A program made the translations under genes and the position numbers. Source: Microbacterium sp. (GTDB lineage Bacteria; Actinomycetota; Actinomycetes; Actinomycetales; Microbacteriaceae). From it: a stretch of 64,000 nt of DNA. Location of the stretch: NCBI GenBank assembly GCA_031555515.1, contig JAVBUG010000158.1, positions 1,591 through 65,590 of the forward strand. Direction: 5' to 3'. The notes beneath the pieces are model-generated. The model saw only the letters and a list, made by a program, of their open reading frames with translations. It was not told the DNA's origin and searched no databases. Shown here piece after piece: positions 47,057-56,867 of this stretch. Position 1 is the stretch's first letter; each line of letters begins with the position of its first letter.

Positions 47057-48256
47057 TCACCCGGCCGAGACCCCGTCGAGCCAGCGGAGCATCGCCGGCA
47101 GCGCGAGGTAGGCCACGGTCCCGTGCGTGGCGAACGGGATCTCGTGGTAGGTCACGTCCATCCCGAGCTCTACCTCGTGCTGCGCGAATGCGGTCGTGTC
47201 GGACGGCACCACGAGCTCGTCGTCGAGCCCCTGCGCCAGGAACAGCGGCGCGTCGAACGCGGTCGCCCCCGCCGAGTTCTCTTCCAGCAGGCTCGCCCAC
47301 GGCTCGGTCTTCGTGGGATCGCTCGTGGTGAAGTCGCCGACGAGCGGCTGGCCGATCTCGTGGAGCTTCGGGATGTTGGTGAGCAGGCACAGCTGGTTCA
47401 TGCGCGGCACGATCTCCTGCGCGGTCGGCGTGAGGATCATGTCGAGGGATGCCTCGGGGTAGACGTCCGCGTAGGCGGTGAACGCGTACGACCCGATGGT
47501 CACCCCCGAGATGTCGTCGAGGTGCGCGCTCATGAGGCCCGGCAGGTCGGCGGCCGGCGCCGCGGCGGCGACGGCCTGGATGTCGAGCTCGGGCGCGTAG
47601 TCGGCTGCCTGCTGAGCGGCGAAGAGCACCGCCTGACCGCCCTGCGAGTGGCCCCACAGCACGACCCGCTCGCTCGCGCGGGCGTCCGTGATCGCGCGCG
47701 CGGCCCGCACGGCGTCGAGCACCGCGTTGCCGCCGGTGACGCCGACGAGGTACGAGTCGGGGCCCGCCGTGCCCATGCCGACGTAGTCCGTCGCGACGAC
47801 CGCGTACCCACGATCGAGCAGGAACCTGAGCCCTTCGATGCCGACGAACGGGTCGAAGCCGTACGACGGCGCGCAGTCGCGGGCCGCCCCGGTGGTGGGG
47901 TGGCCCCACGACACGACGGTGCGTCCTCGCGGGGGCGCCGGCGTCAGCGGCGTGACGAGAACGCCGGTCGCGACGGCCGCATCGCCGTGCACGTCGGTGG
48001 TGCGGTACATGATGCGCCAGGCCCGCGCGGCGAGCGGGGCGCCGAGGAGTGCGTCGGCCTTCACGAGCGAGCCCGGCTCGCCTTCGGCGGCGTCGTGGGG
48101 CTGGGCGTAGAACGCGTCGATCCCGGGGCGCTCGAGCGCGTCACCGACGAGTCGGACCTCTTCGGCCGCGACGACCCCGCCCACGACGGCGAGCGTCGCC
48201 GCCACGAAGGCGAAGACGAATCGCTGCCGGCGCGCGCGGCGCGTCGAGGTCCCCAT
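47057..48256 (-). CDS. Secretory lipase family protein
   Basis: WGHPTTG..CAPS, VVATDY, WGHSQGG, QGLDDELV, ATHG. Confidence 0.85.
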   Translation of the reverse strand: MGTSTRRARRQRFVFAFVAATLAVVGGVVAAEEVRLVGDALERPGIDAFYAQPHDAAEGEPGSLVKADALLGAPLAARAWRIMYRTTDVHGDAAVATGVLVTPLTPAPPRGRTVVSWGHPTTGAARDCAPSYGFDPFVGIEGLRFLLDRGYAVVATDYVGMGTAGPDSYLVGVTGGNAVLDAVRAARAITDARASERVVLWGHSQGGQAVLFAAQQAADYAPELDIQAVAAAAPAADLPGLMSAHLDDISGVTIGSYAFTAYADVYPEASLDMILTPTAQEIVPRMNQLCLLTNIPKLHEIGQPLVGDFTTSDPTKTEPWASLLEENSAGATAFDAPLFLAQGLDDELVVPSDTTAFAQHEVELGMDVTYHEIPFATHGTVAYLALPAMLRWLDGVSAG

Positions 48257-48345
48257 TGCTGCGACGCTATCGTGCGACGGCTGCCGAGCGCACGATCCGG
48301 CGGCTCCTCGCGGGCCCGCCGGATCCTGCGGCACGCCGCGCCGGG

Positions 48346-49476
48346 TCAGTGTTCCAGCTGGCGCTCGGGCGGCGTCAGTTCGGCGCGATCGCGCTGGTGC
48401 CCGATCAGCGCCAGCACCACACCGGCCACGAGCCAGGCGCCGAGGATCGTCCACTGCGCCCACGTGGCGGCGTCCGGGAAGTACATCACCGAGCGCAGCA
48501 GGTGCGCCGATGCCCCCGGAACGAAGAACTGGCCGACCGCGCCCCACGGCTCGGGCAGGAACTCCGGCGGCTGCGCGGCACCGGCGATCGGGTTCGCGAT
48601 GAACATGGTGATGATCGCGCCGACGGCGATCCCCGGAGGGCCCATCAGGGCGGCGAGCCCCACGATGACTGCGGACGTCGCCGTGACGCCGAGGCCGAGC
48701 ACGGCGGCGTTGAGCAGCCAGTCCCCCGTCAGGATGCCGAACCACGTCTGCATCACCAGCGCGATCAGCGCACCGGCCGCGACGCCGAAGACGAGCAGGC
48801 CCACCAGGCGGCGGACGACGCCCTGCACCAGCAGCGTCAGCAGGATGCCGCCGAGCATGCCGCCCAGCACCATGGGGAAGACGGATGCCGCGAGCCCGGC
48901 GCCGGTGCTGTCGCCGTCGGCCAGCGGCACGACGTCTGTGACGGTGACCGTGGGGATCTCCGGCGCCGCACCCGCCGCACCAGCGGGAAGCTGTGGCATC
49001 TGGCCTGCCTTCAGCGCCCCGACGATCGCCGTGAGCTGGTCGGTGAGCGCGCTCTTGGCCGCCGTGTCGATCTGCGACTGCAGCTGTGTGGCGACGGCGC
49101 GCAGCGCTTGCGCGGCGATGGGGCTCGCCGCCGTCGCGATGAGCACCTCCGGCTCGTCGCCCAGCAGGATCGCGCCGTACAGCGAGCGCGACTCGATCTG
49201 CGACACGGCGTCGTCGCGCGAGTCGACCTCATGAAGATCGAAGGGAGCGGGGTCCTGCTCGGCGAGCTTGTCCTCGACGGCGGCGACGGCGTCGGCCGGC
49301 CCGGAGATGCCGACGGGGAGGTTCTGCGGCTGCGAGGTCGCCGCGGGCCAGACGAAGGCCATCACGATCACGGCCACGATCAGTGATCCGACCAGGCCGA
49401 ACAGCGCGGCAACACCCCACTTGGTGGGCCGGGCGGGTGCGGCATCCCTCGATGCCGTCTCACGATGAGTGCTCAT
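48346..49476 (-). CDS. ABC-2/DUF3533-like membrane protein
   Basis: N-terminal TM, extracellular loop, five further TMs; divergent from TetR. Confidence 0.7.
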   Translation of the reverse strand: MSTHRETASRDAAPARPTKWGVAALFGLVGSLIVAVIVMAFVWPAATSQPQNLPVGISGPADAVAAVEDKLAEQDPAPFDLHEVDSRDDAVSQIESRSLYGAILLGDEPEVLIATAASPIAAQALRAVATQLQSQIDTAAKSALTDQLTAIVGALKAGQMPQLPAGAAGAAPEIPTVTVTDVVPLADGDSTGAGLAASVFPMVLGGMLGGILLTLLVQGVVRRLVGLLVFGVAAGALIALVMQTWFGILTGDWLLNAAVLGLGVTATSAVIVGLAALMGPPGIAVGAIITMFIANPIAGAAQPPEFLPEPWGAVGQFFVPGASAHLLRSVMYFPDAATWAQWTILGAWLVAGVVLALIGHQRDRAELTPPERQLEH

Positions 49477-49491
49477 CGCGTCCTCCTAAAA

Positions 49492-49537
49492 AGAATGGTG
49501 ATTCTGTTTGCGAGAATAACAGAATCGGTATTCTGTT
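49492..49537. promoter_or_regulatory. Two TetR operator palindromes
   Basis: AGAAT-ggtg-ATTCT (49492-49505) and perfect AACAGAAT-cggt-ATTCTGTT (49518-49537). Confidence 0.8.
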
Positions 49538-49540
49538 TCT

Positions 49541-50131
49541 ATGCCGAAGGTGTCGGAGGAGTATCGCGAGGCCCGCCGCGACGAGATCGCCCGTGCGGCG
49601 CTGCGCGTCCTGGCGCGCAACGGCGTGCGCGACACGTCGATCGCCGACATCGTCGAGGAGTCGGGTCTGTCGACGGGCGCGATCTACTCGCACTTCTCGA
49701 ACAAGGCGGAGCTCGCCCGGTACGTCGTGGGGCGGTTCCTCCTCCCCCGCATCGACGCCCTCGAGGCGGCCGGCCGGAGCGGGCGCATCGTGACGCCCCG
49801 GGAAGCGCTGCAGGGGATGCTCTCGATGTTCGCCGAGGCAGGGCTCTCCCCCTCGCTCGTCCTGCAGTTCTGGGGGGAGGCGATGGTCGAGCCGGGTCTG
49901 CACGACGAGATGCTGCGCACCGCCGCTCGGCTGCGCGCCTCGCTCACCCTCGCGATCGAACCGTGGGCGCGCACGCAGACTCCGGATGACGCGGAGGCCT
50001 CATCCCTCGCCGCCGAGACGGCCCGGTCGATCGTCGCCCTCGCTCAGGGCTACATCGCGAACAGCGCCGTCTTCGGCCCTCGCCCGGTCGACGAGTACCT
50101 CGAAAGCGCGGTCGCCGTCCTCACGAGCTGA
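49541..50131 (+). CDS. TetR/AcrR family regulator
   Basis: TSIADIVEESGLSTGAIYSHFSNK. Confidence 0.92.
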   Translation: MPKVSEEYREARRDEIARAALRVLARNGVRDTSIADIVEESGLSTGAIYSHFSNKAELARYVVGRFLLPRIDALEAAGRSGRIVTPREALQGMLSMFAEAGLSPSLVLQFWGEAMVEPGLHDEMLRTAARLRASLTLAIEPWARTQTPDDAEASSLAAETARSIVALAQGYIANSAVFGPRPVDEYLESAVAVLTS

Positions 50132-50145
50132 ACGGCTCCGCCAGG

Positions 50146-50943
50146 CTAGACGGGACGCGCCTCGGCGTCGTCGCGGCCGAGGGCGGCAGCATCCGGAGCC
50201 GTCTCGGCGGGAGCCGGGACCGCCGTGATCTCGCGAACGGCAACGGGCGCCGTCTGGCCCGCGCCGCCGCCCCGGATCTGCCGGTGCAGGCGCTCCATGC
50301 GGGCGTCGAGCTCGGCCGCGGTCTCGGCGGCGTCCTTGAGGCTCTCGAGCAGCTCGTCGGGCACCCGCGTCGCGTACTTGTAGTAGATCTTGTGCTCCAG
50401 GCTCGCCCAGAAGTCCATCGCGATGGTGCGGAACTGCACCTCGACCGGCACCTCGACGCGCCCGGTCGAGAGGAACACCGGCACCTCGAGGATCGCGTGC
50501 AGGCTCTTGTACCCGTTCGACTTCGGCGCGGCGATGTAGTCCTTGACGTTGAGCACCCGCACGTCGTCCTGCGCGGTGAGGAGGTCGAAGAGGCGGTACA
50601 CGTCGGCGGTGAAGCTGCACGTGATGCGGATGCCCGCGATATCGGTGATGCTCCGGCGGATCGAGGCGAAGTCGCCGTCGATGCCCTTGCGCTGCACCTT
50701 CTCGACGAGGCTGTCGGGCGACTTCACGCGGCTCGAGACGTGCTCGATCGGGTTGTAGTCGTGGGTCAGCAGAAACTCGTCGCGCAGGATGCCGATCTTC
50801 GTCTCGACCTCCTGCAGGCCGAACCGGTACTCCATCATGAAGCGCTGCAGTTCGTCCCGCAGCTCCCGGAGCTCGCTCGGAGAGACGGTGATCTCCCCTT
50901 CGTCTGTCGCCGTCGATGGCACCAGCGGTGCGGGAGTCGCCAT
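50146..50943 (-). CDS. Small alarmone synthetase (RelA/SpoT domain, RelQ/RelP-like)
   Basis: SRVKSPDSL, DIAGIRI, GYKSLH, EVQFRTIAMDFWASLEH. Confidence 0.9.
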   Translation of the reverse strand: MATPAPLVPSTATDEGEITVSPSELRELRDELQRFMMEYRFGLQEVETKIGILRDEFLLTHDYNPIEHVSSRVKSPDSLVEKVQRKGIDGDFASIRRSITDIAGIRITCSFTADVYRLFDLLTAQDDVRVLNVKDYIAAPKSNGYKSLHAILEVPVFLSTGRVEVPVEVQFRTIAMDFWASLEHKIYYKYATRVPDELLESLKDAAETAAELDARMERLHRQIRGGGAGQTAPVAVREITAVPAPAETAPDAAALGRDDAEARPV

Positions 50944-51031
50944 GCGTTTCACGCTAGGCGGCGGTTCTACGAGAGTCCTGTGAGGAGCGATCCCCACGGC
51001 CCCTCCACGCGCCGGCGGCGCGGCAGGAGGG

Positions 51032-51871
51032 TCAGGCGTCGTCGAGGGCGCGCTGGGCGCGCTCGTTCGCCTGGGCGGCGTCGCGGGCCTTCGCCGCCGC
51101 GACGGACCGTTCGTCCTCGACCGCGTCGAGCTTCTCCACGGCCGCCCGCTCGTCACCTTCGAGGGCGGCGAGGTCGCGGCGGAGGTCGTCGATGCGCTCC
51201 CGCACGTGGTCGACCCGCTCCTGCGCCTTCGCGCGGCGCACATCGACGCGGGCGAGCTCGCGCTCCGCCTCGTTCGCGAGGCGCTCAGCCTCGCGCGCCG
51301 CCTTCTCCGCCGCCTTGCGCGCGCGGCGCTCGGCGAGGTCGTCGCGCGGGGGCGCGGCGACGGCTCCGGGGAGCGACCCGCCCACGGCGTCGGCGAGCGC
51401 GGCCGGCTCGATGTCGCCCGCCTCCAGCGGCTTGACGAGCCGGGCCGTCAGGACGGCGGCCGCGGCCGAGGCATCCATCACCGCCGCATTGATCGTCGCC
51501 GCGACGTCGTCGCGCGCGGCCGTGCTGAGGGTGCCGCCCGCCTCTTCGGCGAGCCCGACCGCCTGCTTCGCGAGGGCGGCCACCAGCTGACGCCGTTGGC
51601 GGCCGAGACGTGCCAGCTCGGCGGCGTCGAGGTCGTCCTGCGCCTCGCGGAGGGCGGCCGACAGCTCCACCGCGTCAGCGAGCTGCCCGTCGCGGGCGAG
51701 CAGGTTGACGGCCCACGCCGAGACCGTGGGCTTGCGCAGCGCCTTGAGCTGCTTGGCCAGCGCCGGTGCCGCGAGCCCCGCACGCGCGTTGCGGGCGGCC
51801 GTGAACTCCGCCGGAGGGAGGGCGTAGAGGTCGGCTGCGATCGCGTCGAGCTGCTCGTCGGCGTCGGCCAT
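51032..51871 (-). CDS. Conserved actinobacterial hypothetical protein with coiled-coil tail
   Basis: LYALPPAEFTAARN, LRKPTVSAWAVN. Confidence 0.7.
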   Translation of the reverse strand: MADADEQLDAIAADLYALPPAEFTAARNARAGLAAPALAKQLKALRKPTVSAWAVNLLARDGQLADAVELSAALREAQDDLDAAELARLGRQRRQLVAALAKQAVGLAEEAGGTLSTAARDDVAATINAAVMDASAAAAVLTARLVKPLEAGDIEPAALADAVGGSLPGAVAAPPRDDLAERRARKAAEKAAREAERLANEAERELARVDVRRAKAQERVDHVRERIDDLRRDLAALEGDERAAVEKLDAVEDERSVAAAKARDAAQANERAQRALDDA

Positions 51872-51990
51872 GCGCCCATTGTGTCCCATGGCCCCGACCG
51901 TTCTCAGGACCGACCGCGGTGGGGAAGGCCGCGGGATGCGGATCCCGGGAGCCCTGCGGCGAGTCGAGCTCGCGACGGGGCCGCCACCAC

Positions 51991-53103
51991 TCAGACGATC
52001 TCGTAGAAGCGCCAGAGGCCGAACTCGGGGACCAGCACCTTGACGTCGGACCACCCCGCCGCACGCGCGTAGCCGCGGAGGGTCGAGGGGCGCATCACCG
52101 TGCCGGTGCCTGCGCTCGGTGTGTGCGAGCGGCCGTCGGGCAGGCAGACGAAGAGGCTGAAGCCGTAGAGCAGTCGTTCGAGGTCGCTCGCGTTCGCGGC
52201 GAAGCGTTCCTCGGTGGCCTCGTCCATGATGACGACCATGCCGTCGTCGCACACCGCGCGGCGCGCCGCCGAAAGCACCTCCACGGGATGCGGCATGTCA
52301 TGCAGGCACTCGAAGGCGAAGACGGCGTCGAACGGGCCGTACTCGGCGACGAGCGCCGCGTCGCACAGCAGGAACTCGACGCGGTCGGCGACCCCGGCTT
52401 CGGCGGCGTTCTGCCGGGCCGCCTCGACCGAGGCCTCGTCGATGTCGAGACCGACCACGCGCAGCTGCGGGTACGCCTTCGCCAGGGCGATCGAGGACCA
52501 GCCGCCGCCGAAGCCCAGGTCGGCGATGCGGGCATCAGGGCGCCGGAGCACGGCATCGAGCCGGTCGATCCCCGCGAAGAGGGCGGGCAGATCGTCGAAC
52601 CACGGCCGGTTCATGTCGGCCTGCGCCTCGCGGGCGTGCCGGCCGAGCTGCTCCCAGCTGACGCCGCCGCCGGTGCGGTACGCGTCGAGGAGGGCGTCGA
52701 TCTGCGTCCCCGAGGCCGCCGCCATGCGGGCGAGCGGTTCGAGGTACGACAGACTCCCCCGGTCGAGCAGCACCTCGGCGACCCCCGGCGCGAGGCGGAA
52801 CCGCCGAGCGGCGGGATCAGCGTCCTCGTCCGCGCGCAGGATGCCGCTCGCGGACTGCTGCTCGAGCCACTCGCGGGCGTACCGGGCGTCCGTGTGCGTG
52901 CGCGCCGCGAGCTCGTCGGCGGTGAGCCCGTCGGCCCGCGACAGCTCCGCGTACCAGCCGAGTTGCGAGCCGAGGTGGACGGCCATGAGGTCCATCCAGC
53001 CGAGCGTGGCATCCATCATCCGGTCGGCGAAGGCCGCGGTGGCCTCGGTCTCGGTCTTCACCTCGGAATCGGTGATCGTCGTGGACATCTTCGTCTCCTT
53101 CAT
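51991..53103 (-). CDS. Class I SAM-dependent methyltransferase with N-terminal wHTH
   Basis: RYAREWLEQQ, IADLGFGGGW, FECLHDM. Confidence 0.88.
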   Translation of the reverse strand: MKETKMSTTITDSEVKTETEATAAFADRMMDATLGWMDLMAVHLGSQLGWYAELSRADGLTADELAARTHTDARYAREWLEQQSASGILRADEDADPAARRFRLAPGVAEVLLDRGSLSYLEPLARMAAASGTQIDALLDAYRTGGGVSWEQLGRHAREAQADMNRPWFDDLPALFAGIDRLDAVLRRPDARIADLGFGGGWSSIALAKAYPQLRVVGLDIDEASVEAARQNAAEAGVADRVEFLLCDAALVAEYGPFDAVFAFECLHDMPHPVEVLSAARRAVCDDGMVVIMDEATEERFAANASDLERLLYGFSLFVCLPDGRSHTPSAGTGTVMRPSTLRGYARAAGWSDVKVLVPEFGLWRFYEIV

Positions 53104-53230
53104 GGGTGCTCCGTCTGATGTCTGGCCCCGACGCTACGGAGCGTGAGGGAGCCGCCGCGTCGGCAGAACCGCGCACATCCGCCGTGTGGGTCTGCACCAT
53201 TCGATGCAGGGGCGCGCTCTGCGGCCGCGG

Positions 53231-54856
53231 TCACCGACTGTGCTTCCCCGCGTGCTCGCGCCACCATGCGGCGGCGGCGGTGCGCGAGCCGACGTCGAGC
53301 TTCACGTAGATGTTCGCGAGGTGCCGGCTCACTGTCTTCTCGCTGATGAAGAGCTCGTCGGCGATCTGCCTGTTGGCCCTGCCCTGCGCGACGAGCTCGA
53401 CGATCTCGCGCTCCCGCGCGGTGAGCGGCCCGCCGTCCTCGGCGGCGGGCGCCGACCGCACGACCACCGGCGGCGCGCCGAGGCGCTCGAAGATCACGCC
53501 CGCCTGCTCCCGCAGCTGCGCGGCCAGCGCCTGCTCACCACGAAGCTCGTGCGCCGTCGCGAGCCAGCACAGCACGTTCGCCTGTTCCCATGGCTGGCCG
53601 AGGCGGCGGAAGCGGTCGAGGGCGGCGTGGAGCGCGCCGATCGCGCCCGCGGCGTCGCCGGCGTGGACGAAGAGCATCCCCCGGCCGTGCGCCGCCCACG
53701 CGTGGAACCCGTCGCTGCCGTACGCGCGGGCGTCGTCCTCGAGCTCGTCGAGCAGGTGCTCCGCTTCCCGCGGCCGCCCGTCGGCGAGCGCGATCTCGAT
53801 CCCCGGCCGCAGCAGCCGCGCACGGCCCACGCGATCCCGCTGCTCGAGCGCGGCCGCGATCATCGCTGCGGCCCGCTCGGTGTCGCCCTCCGCGAGCACC
53901 AGCAGCGCCTCTCCCGGCACCGGGTCGATGCCCGCCTCGCTCGCGCGGCGGTAGGCGTCCCGTGCCCCGGGGGCGTCGCCGCGGAGGCGCCGGATCTCGC
54001 CGAGCTGGTTCCAGCCCTCGCCGGCGATCCACGGGTGGTCGGACCCGAGATCCTCGCACGCGCGCTCGAGCGCCGCCTCCGCAGCATCCCATTCCCCACT
54101 CGCCGACTGCAGCTCGAGCCGGTGCACGCGGCAGACGCCGGCATAGACGACGTGCGCGCCGCGTGCGGCGCACCACGCCTCGGTCGCGCGGGTCCAGTCG
54201 GCCATGCGGCGGAAGTCGGCGAGCTCGTGGCACACGTGGATGGTGGTGCAGAGCACGTCGCCCGCCCACTCGGCGTCGAGTTCGTCCGACACGACGCACA
54301 GCATCGCCTCGTCGAGCTGCGCGAACCCCTCGGCGGTGCGCCCGGCGCGGATCGCGGCCATCCCCGCGACGACCGCGCTGAGCGCCGACACCGCGGGCTG
54401 TCGCAGCGCGGTCGCGAGCGCCTGCATGCGCGACACGCTCTCCGCCGACCACAGCGCGCCGGTGCCGTCGAGGTCCATGCTCGCCGTCAGGTACACCTCG
54501 TAGGCGTGCCCGCGACCGTCGGGAAGGTCGGCGAGGATCCGCCGCGCGCGCCGCACCCACGCGGTGCCGACCGTGATCTCGGCGCGGATCAGCCGGATGA
54601 GCGCGACGACGAGGGCCGCCTCGGCCGCGCCCATGGCGTCGCCCTCGTCGGAGAGCACGCGGAAGGCCGACTCGAGGCGCTCGAGGCAGGCATCCTGCCG
54701 CCCGAGCCACCACTCGCACGACGCGAGCGCGCGCAGGTCGGCGCCGGTGGCCGCAGCGTCGCGGCGGGCCCCCTCGAACGCCTCCCGCGCCGTCTCCCAG
54801 TCACCGGACCGGTATGCCGCGCGCGCCTGTTCGAGCACGGCGACCGTGTCCGCCAT
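53231..54856 (-). CDS. LuxR-family regulator with TPR-like region
   Basis: LTAREREIVELVAQG..N..IA..LFISEKTVSRHLANIYVKL. Confidence 0.88.
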   Translation of the reverse strand: MADTVAVLEQARAAYRSGDWETAREAFEGARRDAAATGADLRALASCEWWLGRQDACLERLESAFRVLSDEGDAMGAAEAALVVALIRLIRAEITVGTAWVRRARRILADLPDGRGHAYEVYLTASMDLDGTGALWSAESVSRMQALATALRQPAVSALSAVVAGMAAIRAGRTAEGFAQLDEAMLCVVSDELDAEWAGDVLCTTIHVCHELADFRRMADWTRATEAWCAARGAHVVYAGVCRVHRLELQSASGEWDAAEAALERACEDLGSDHPWIAGEGWNQLGEIRRLRGDAPGARDAYRRASEAGIDPVPGEALLVLAEGDTERAAAMIAAALEQRDRVGRARLLRPGIEIALADGRPREAEHLLDELEDDARAYGSDGFHAWAAHGRGMLFVHAGDAAGAIGALHAALDRFRRLGQPWEQANVLCWLATAHELRGEQALAAQLREQAGVIFERLGAPPVVVRSAPAAEDGGPLTAREREIVELVAQGRANRQIADELFISEKTVSRHLANIYVKLDVGSRTAAAAWWREHAGKHSR

Positions 54857-55172
54857 GCCCGAATGCTACCGCCGTCATCGCGCCGTGTCCGGTCGTCGCC
54901 GCGCGACCCCGATGCGCGTGCGCAGAGACCCCGTAGAGCACGAGCATGATCGCCATTGTCGTGAGGTAGAAGCCGTGCAGGATCCAGATCGGCCCGAACG
55001 GCAGACTCAGCACGTAGACCGTGTAGACGCCGTTGCCGACGTTGCCCATCACGAGCGCGCTGAGGCTGTACGAGCGCAGGTCGCCGGAGCGCACGGCCTT
55101 CACCACCATCGGCAGGTTGGCCGCGGCGAACAGCACGGTCGAGACCGTACCGGCGAGCGTCGCAGCATCCAT
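54801..55172 (-). CDS. Small 3-TM membrane protein (PQ-loop-like)
   Basis: LFAAANLPMVVKA..DLRSYS..NVGN..Y.VYV..LPFGPIW. Confidence 0.6.
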   Translation of the reverse strand: MDAATLAGTVSTVLFAAANLPMVVKAVRSGDLRSYSLSALVMGNVGNGVYTVYVLSLPFGPIWILHGFYLTTMAIMLVLYGVSAHAHRGRAATTGHGAMTAVAFGHGGHGRRARTGARGIPVR

Positions 55173-55403
55173 ATAGGGAAGATACGGATGCTGCCACCCG
55201 CGATACATCGGCAGTTCTACCCATTTCCGCCCGGGGCGGCCTGCATGGTTCGCCCCGCCTCGGCGCCCTTCGCGTCGTCAGAGCCACCCGCCCGCCGCGC
55301 GGGTGTCGCAACACGCGGGATCGCGCCGGCCACCCCGCGTGTCGCGCCACCCGAAGGTGCCAGAGTCAGAACACCCGCCACCAGACCGCGGGACGACGGG
55401 CGG

Positions 55404-56708
55404 TCAGGCCGCGAGGATGGATGCCGCCTGCCGTGCGGCGCCGAGGGCCACGTACTCCCCCGGCTCGGGCACCTCGACCGGAAGCCCCAGCACGAGCGGC
55501 GCGATCTCGCGCACCGCTGCGGACTGCGCGCCGCCGCCGACGAGCAGCGCGCGCTCGAGTGGCACGCCGAGGCCGCGGAGGGCTTCGAGCCCGGCGGCGA
55601 GCCCCGAGAGCATCCCCTCGACCGCGGAGCGCGCCAGGTTCTCGCGCGTCGTCGAGGCGAGCGTCATGCCGGTGAGCGAGGCCGTGGCGTCGGGAAGGTT
55701 GGGCGTGCGCTCGCCCTCGAAGTAGGGCACCAGCGCGAGACCGGCGGAGCCGGGCTCCGCGGCGAGCGCCAAGCGGGACAGCTCGGTGTGGTCGACGCCG
55801 AGCACGCGCCCGATGGCGTCGAGCACCCGCGCGGCGTTGAGCGTCGCGACGAGCGGGAGAAACTTGCCCGTGCAGTCCGCGAAGCCGGCCACCGTGCCCG
55901 TGGGGTCGATCGTGCGCTCCTCACTCACCGCGAACACGGTTCCGCTGGTGCCGATCGACACGACGACGTCGCCGGGACCGGCACCGAGCCCCAGCGCCGC
56001 GCCCGCGTTGTCGCCGGCGCCGCCGCCGACGCGTCGGCCCGCAGCATCCATCACCCATTCGTCAGGTCCGAGCACGCGCGGCAGCGCGGCGTCGTGGCCG
56101 AGCGCGGCGATGAGGAGGTCGCGGTCGTAGCCGCCGGTGGCGGGGTTCCAGTACCCGGTGCCGGAGGCGTCGGAGCGGTCGGTGACGAGCTCGTCGAGCA
56201 CGGGGCCGCGCGGCGACGCGCCCTCGGGCCCGAACCCGCGCAGCCGCCACGTGAGCCAGTCGTGCGGCAGGGCGACGGCCGCAACTCGCGCCGCGTGGTC
56301 GGGCTCGTGGTCGCGCAGCCACCGGAGCTTCGTGATCGTGAAGGATGCCACGGGCACGAGGCCCGTGCGCCGCGCGAGCTCGTCGGCGCCGAACTCGGCC
56401 GTGAGGTCGGCCGCGGCCTGCGCCGAGCGGGTGTCGTTCCACAGCAGGGCATCGCGGACGACGCGCCCGTCGGCATCGAGGGCGACCATGCCGTGCTGCT
56501 GCCCGCCGATGGCCCAGGCGTCGACGTCGTCGAGCCCGCCGGCGTCGGCGATCGCCGCCTGCAGCGCCGTCCACCAGGCTTCGGGATCGACAGACGTGCC
56601 GTCGGGGTGCGCCGCACGCCCCTGCCGCTCGACCCGGCCGGTCGCAGCATCCGTCACCACGACCTTGCACGACTGCGTCGACGAGTCGACCCCCATCACG
56701 AGGCTCAT
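55404..56708 (-). CDS. xylB: Xylulokinase
   Basis: [38 protein letters not shown]; directly downstream of xylA. Confidence 0.93.
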   Translation of the reverse strand: MSLVMGVDSSTQSCKVVVTDAATGRVERQGRAAHPDGTSVDPEAWWTALQAAIADAGGLDDVDAWAIGGQQHGMVALDADGRVVRDALLWNDTRSAQAAADLTAEFGADELARRTGLVPVASFTITKLRWLRDHEPDHAARVAAVALPHDWLTWRLRGFGPEGASPRGPVLDELVTDRSDASGTGYWNPATGGYDRDLLIAALGHDAALPRVLGPDEWVMDAAGRRVGGGAGDNAGAALGLGAGPGDVVVSIGTSGTVFAVSEERTIDPTGTVAGFADCTGKFLPLVATLNAARVLDAIGRVLGVDHTELSRLALAAEPGSAGLALVPYFEGERTPNLPDATASLTGMTLASTTRENLARSAVEGMLSGLAAGLEALRGLGVPLERALLVGGGAQSAAVREIAPLVLGLPVEVPEPGEYVALGAARQAASILAA

Positions 56709-56755
56709 GTGCGCTCCTTCACGCGATCGCGCTCCGTCGCCCCCGCCCCCGCCAG

Positions 56756-56830
56756 ACCGTGAGACGACAGATGAGAGACGAGACCGTGGGGTTCACCCTG
56801 GGTCTCGTCGCCCGACTGTCGTCTCACGGT
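56756..56830. terminator. Long hairpin between xylA and xylB
   Basis: ACCGTGAGACGACAG ... CTGTCGTCTCACGGT, with inner GACGAGACC/GGTCTCGTC. Confidence 0.7.
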
Positions 56831-56867
56831 GGAGGAGCGGATCCGCGGAGCGTAGGGAGGGGTGGGG

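Noticed and set aside
51032-51871. Possible transposase
   Set aside because: No DDE or HUH motif, terminal repeats or target duplication visible
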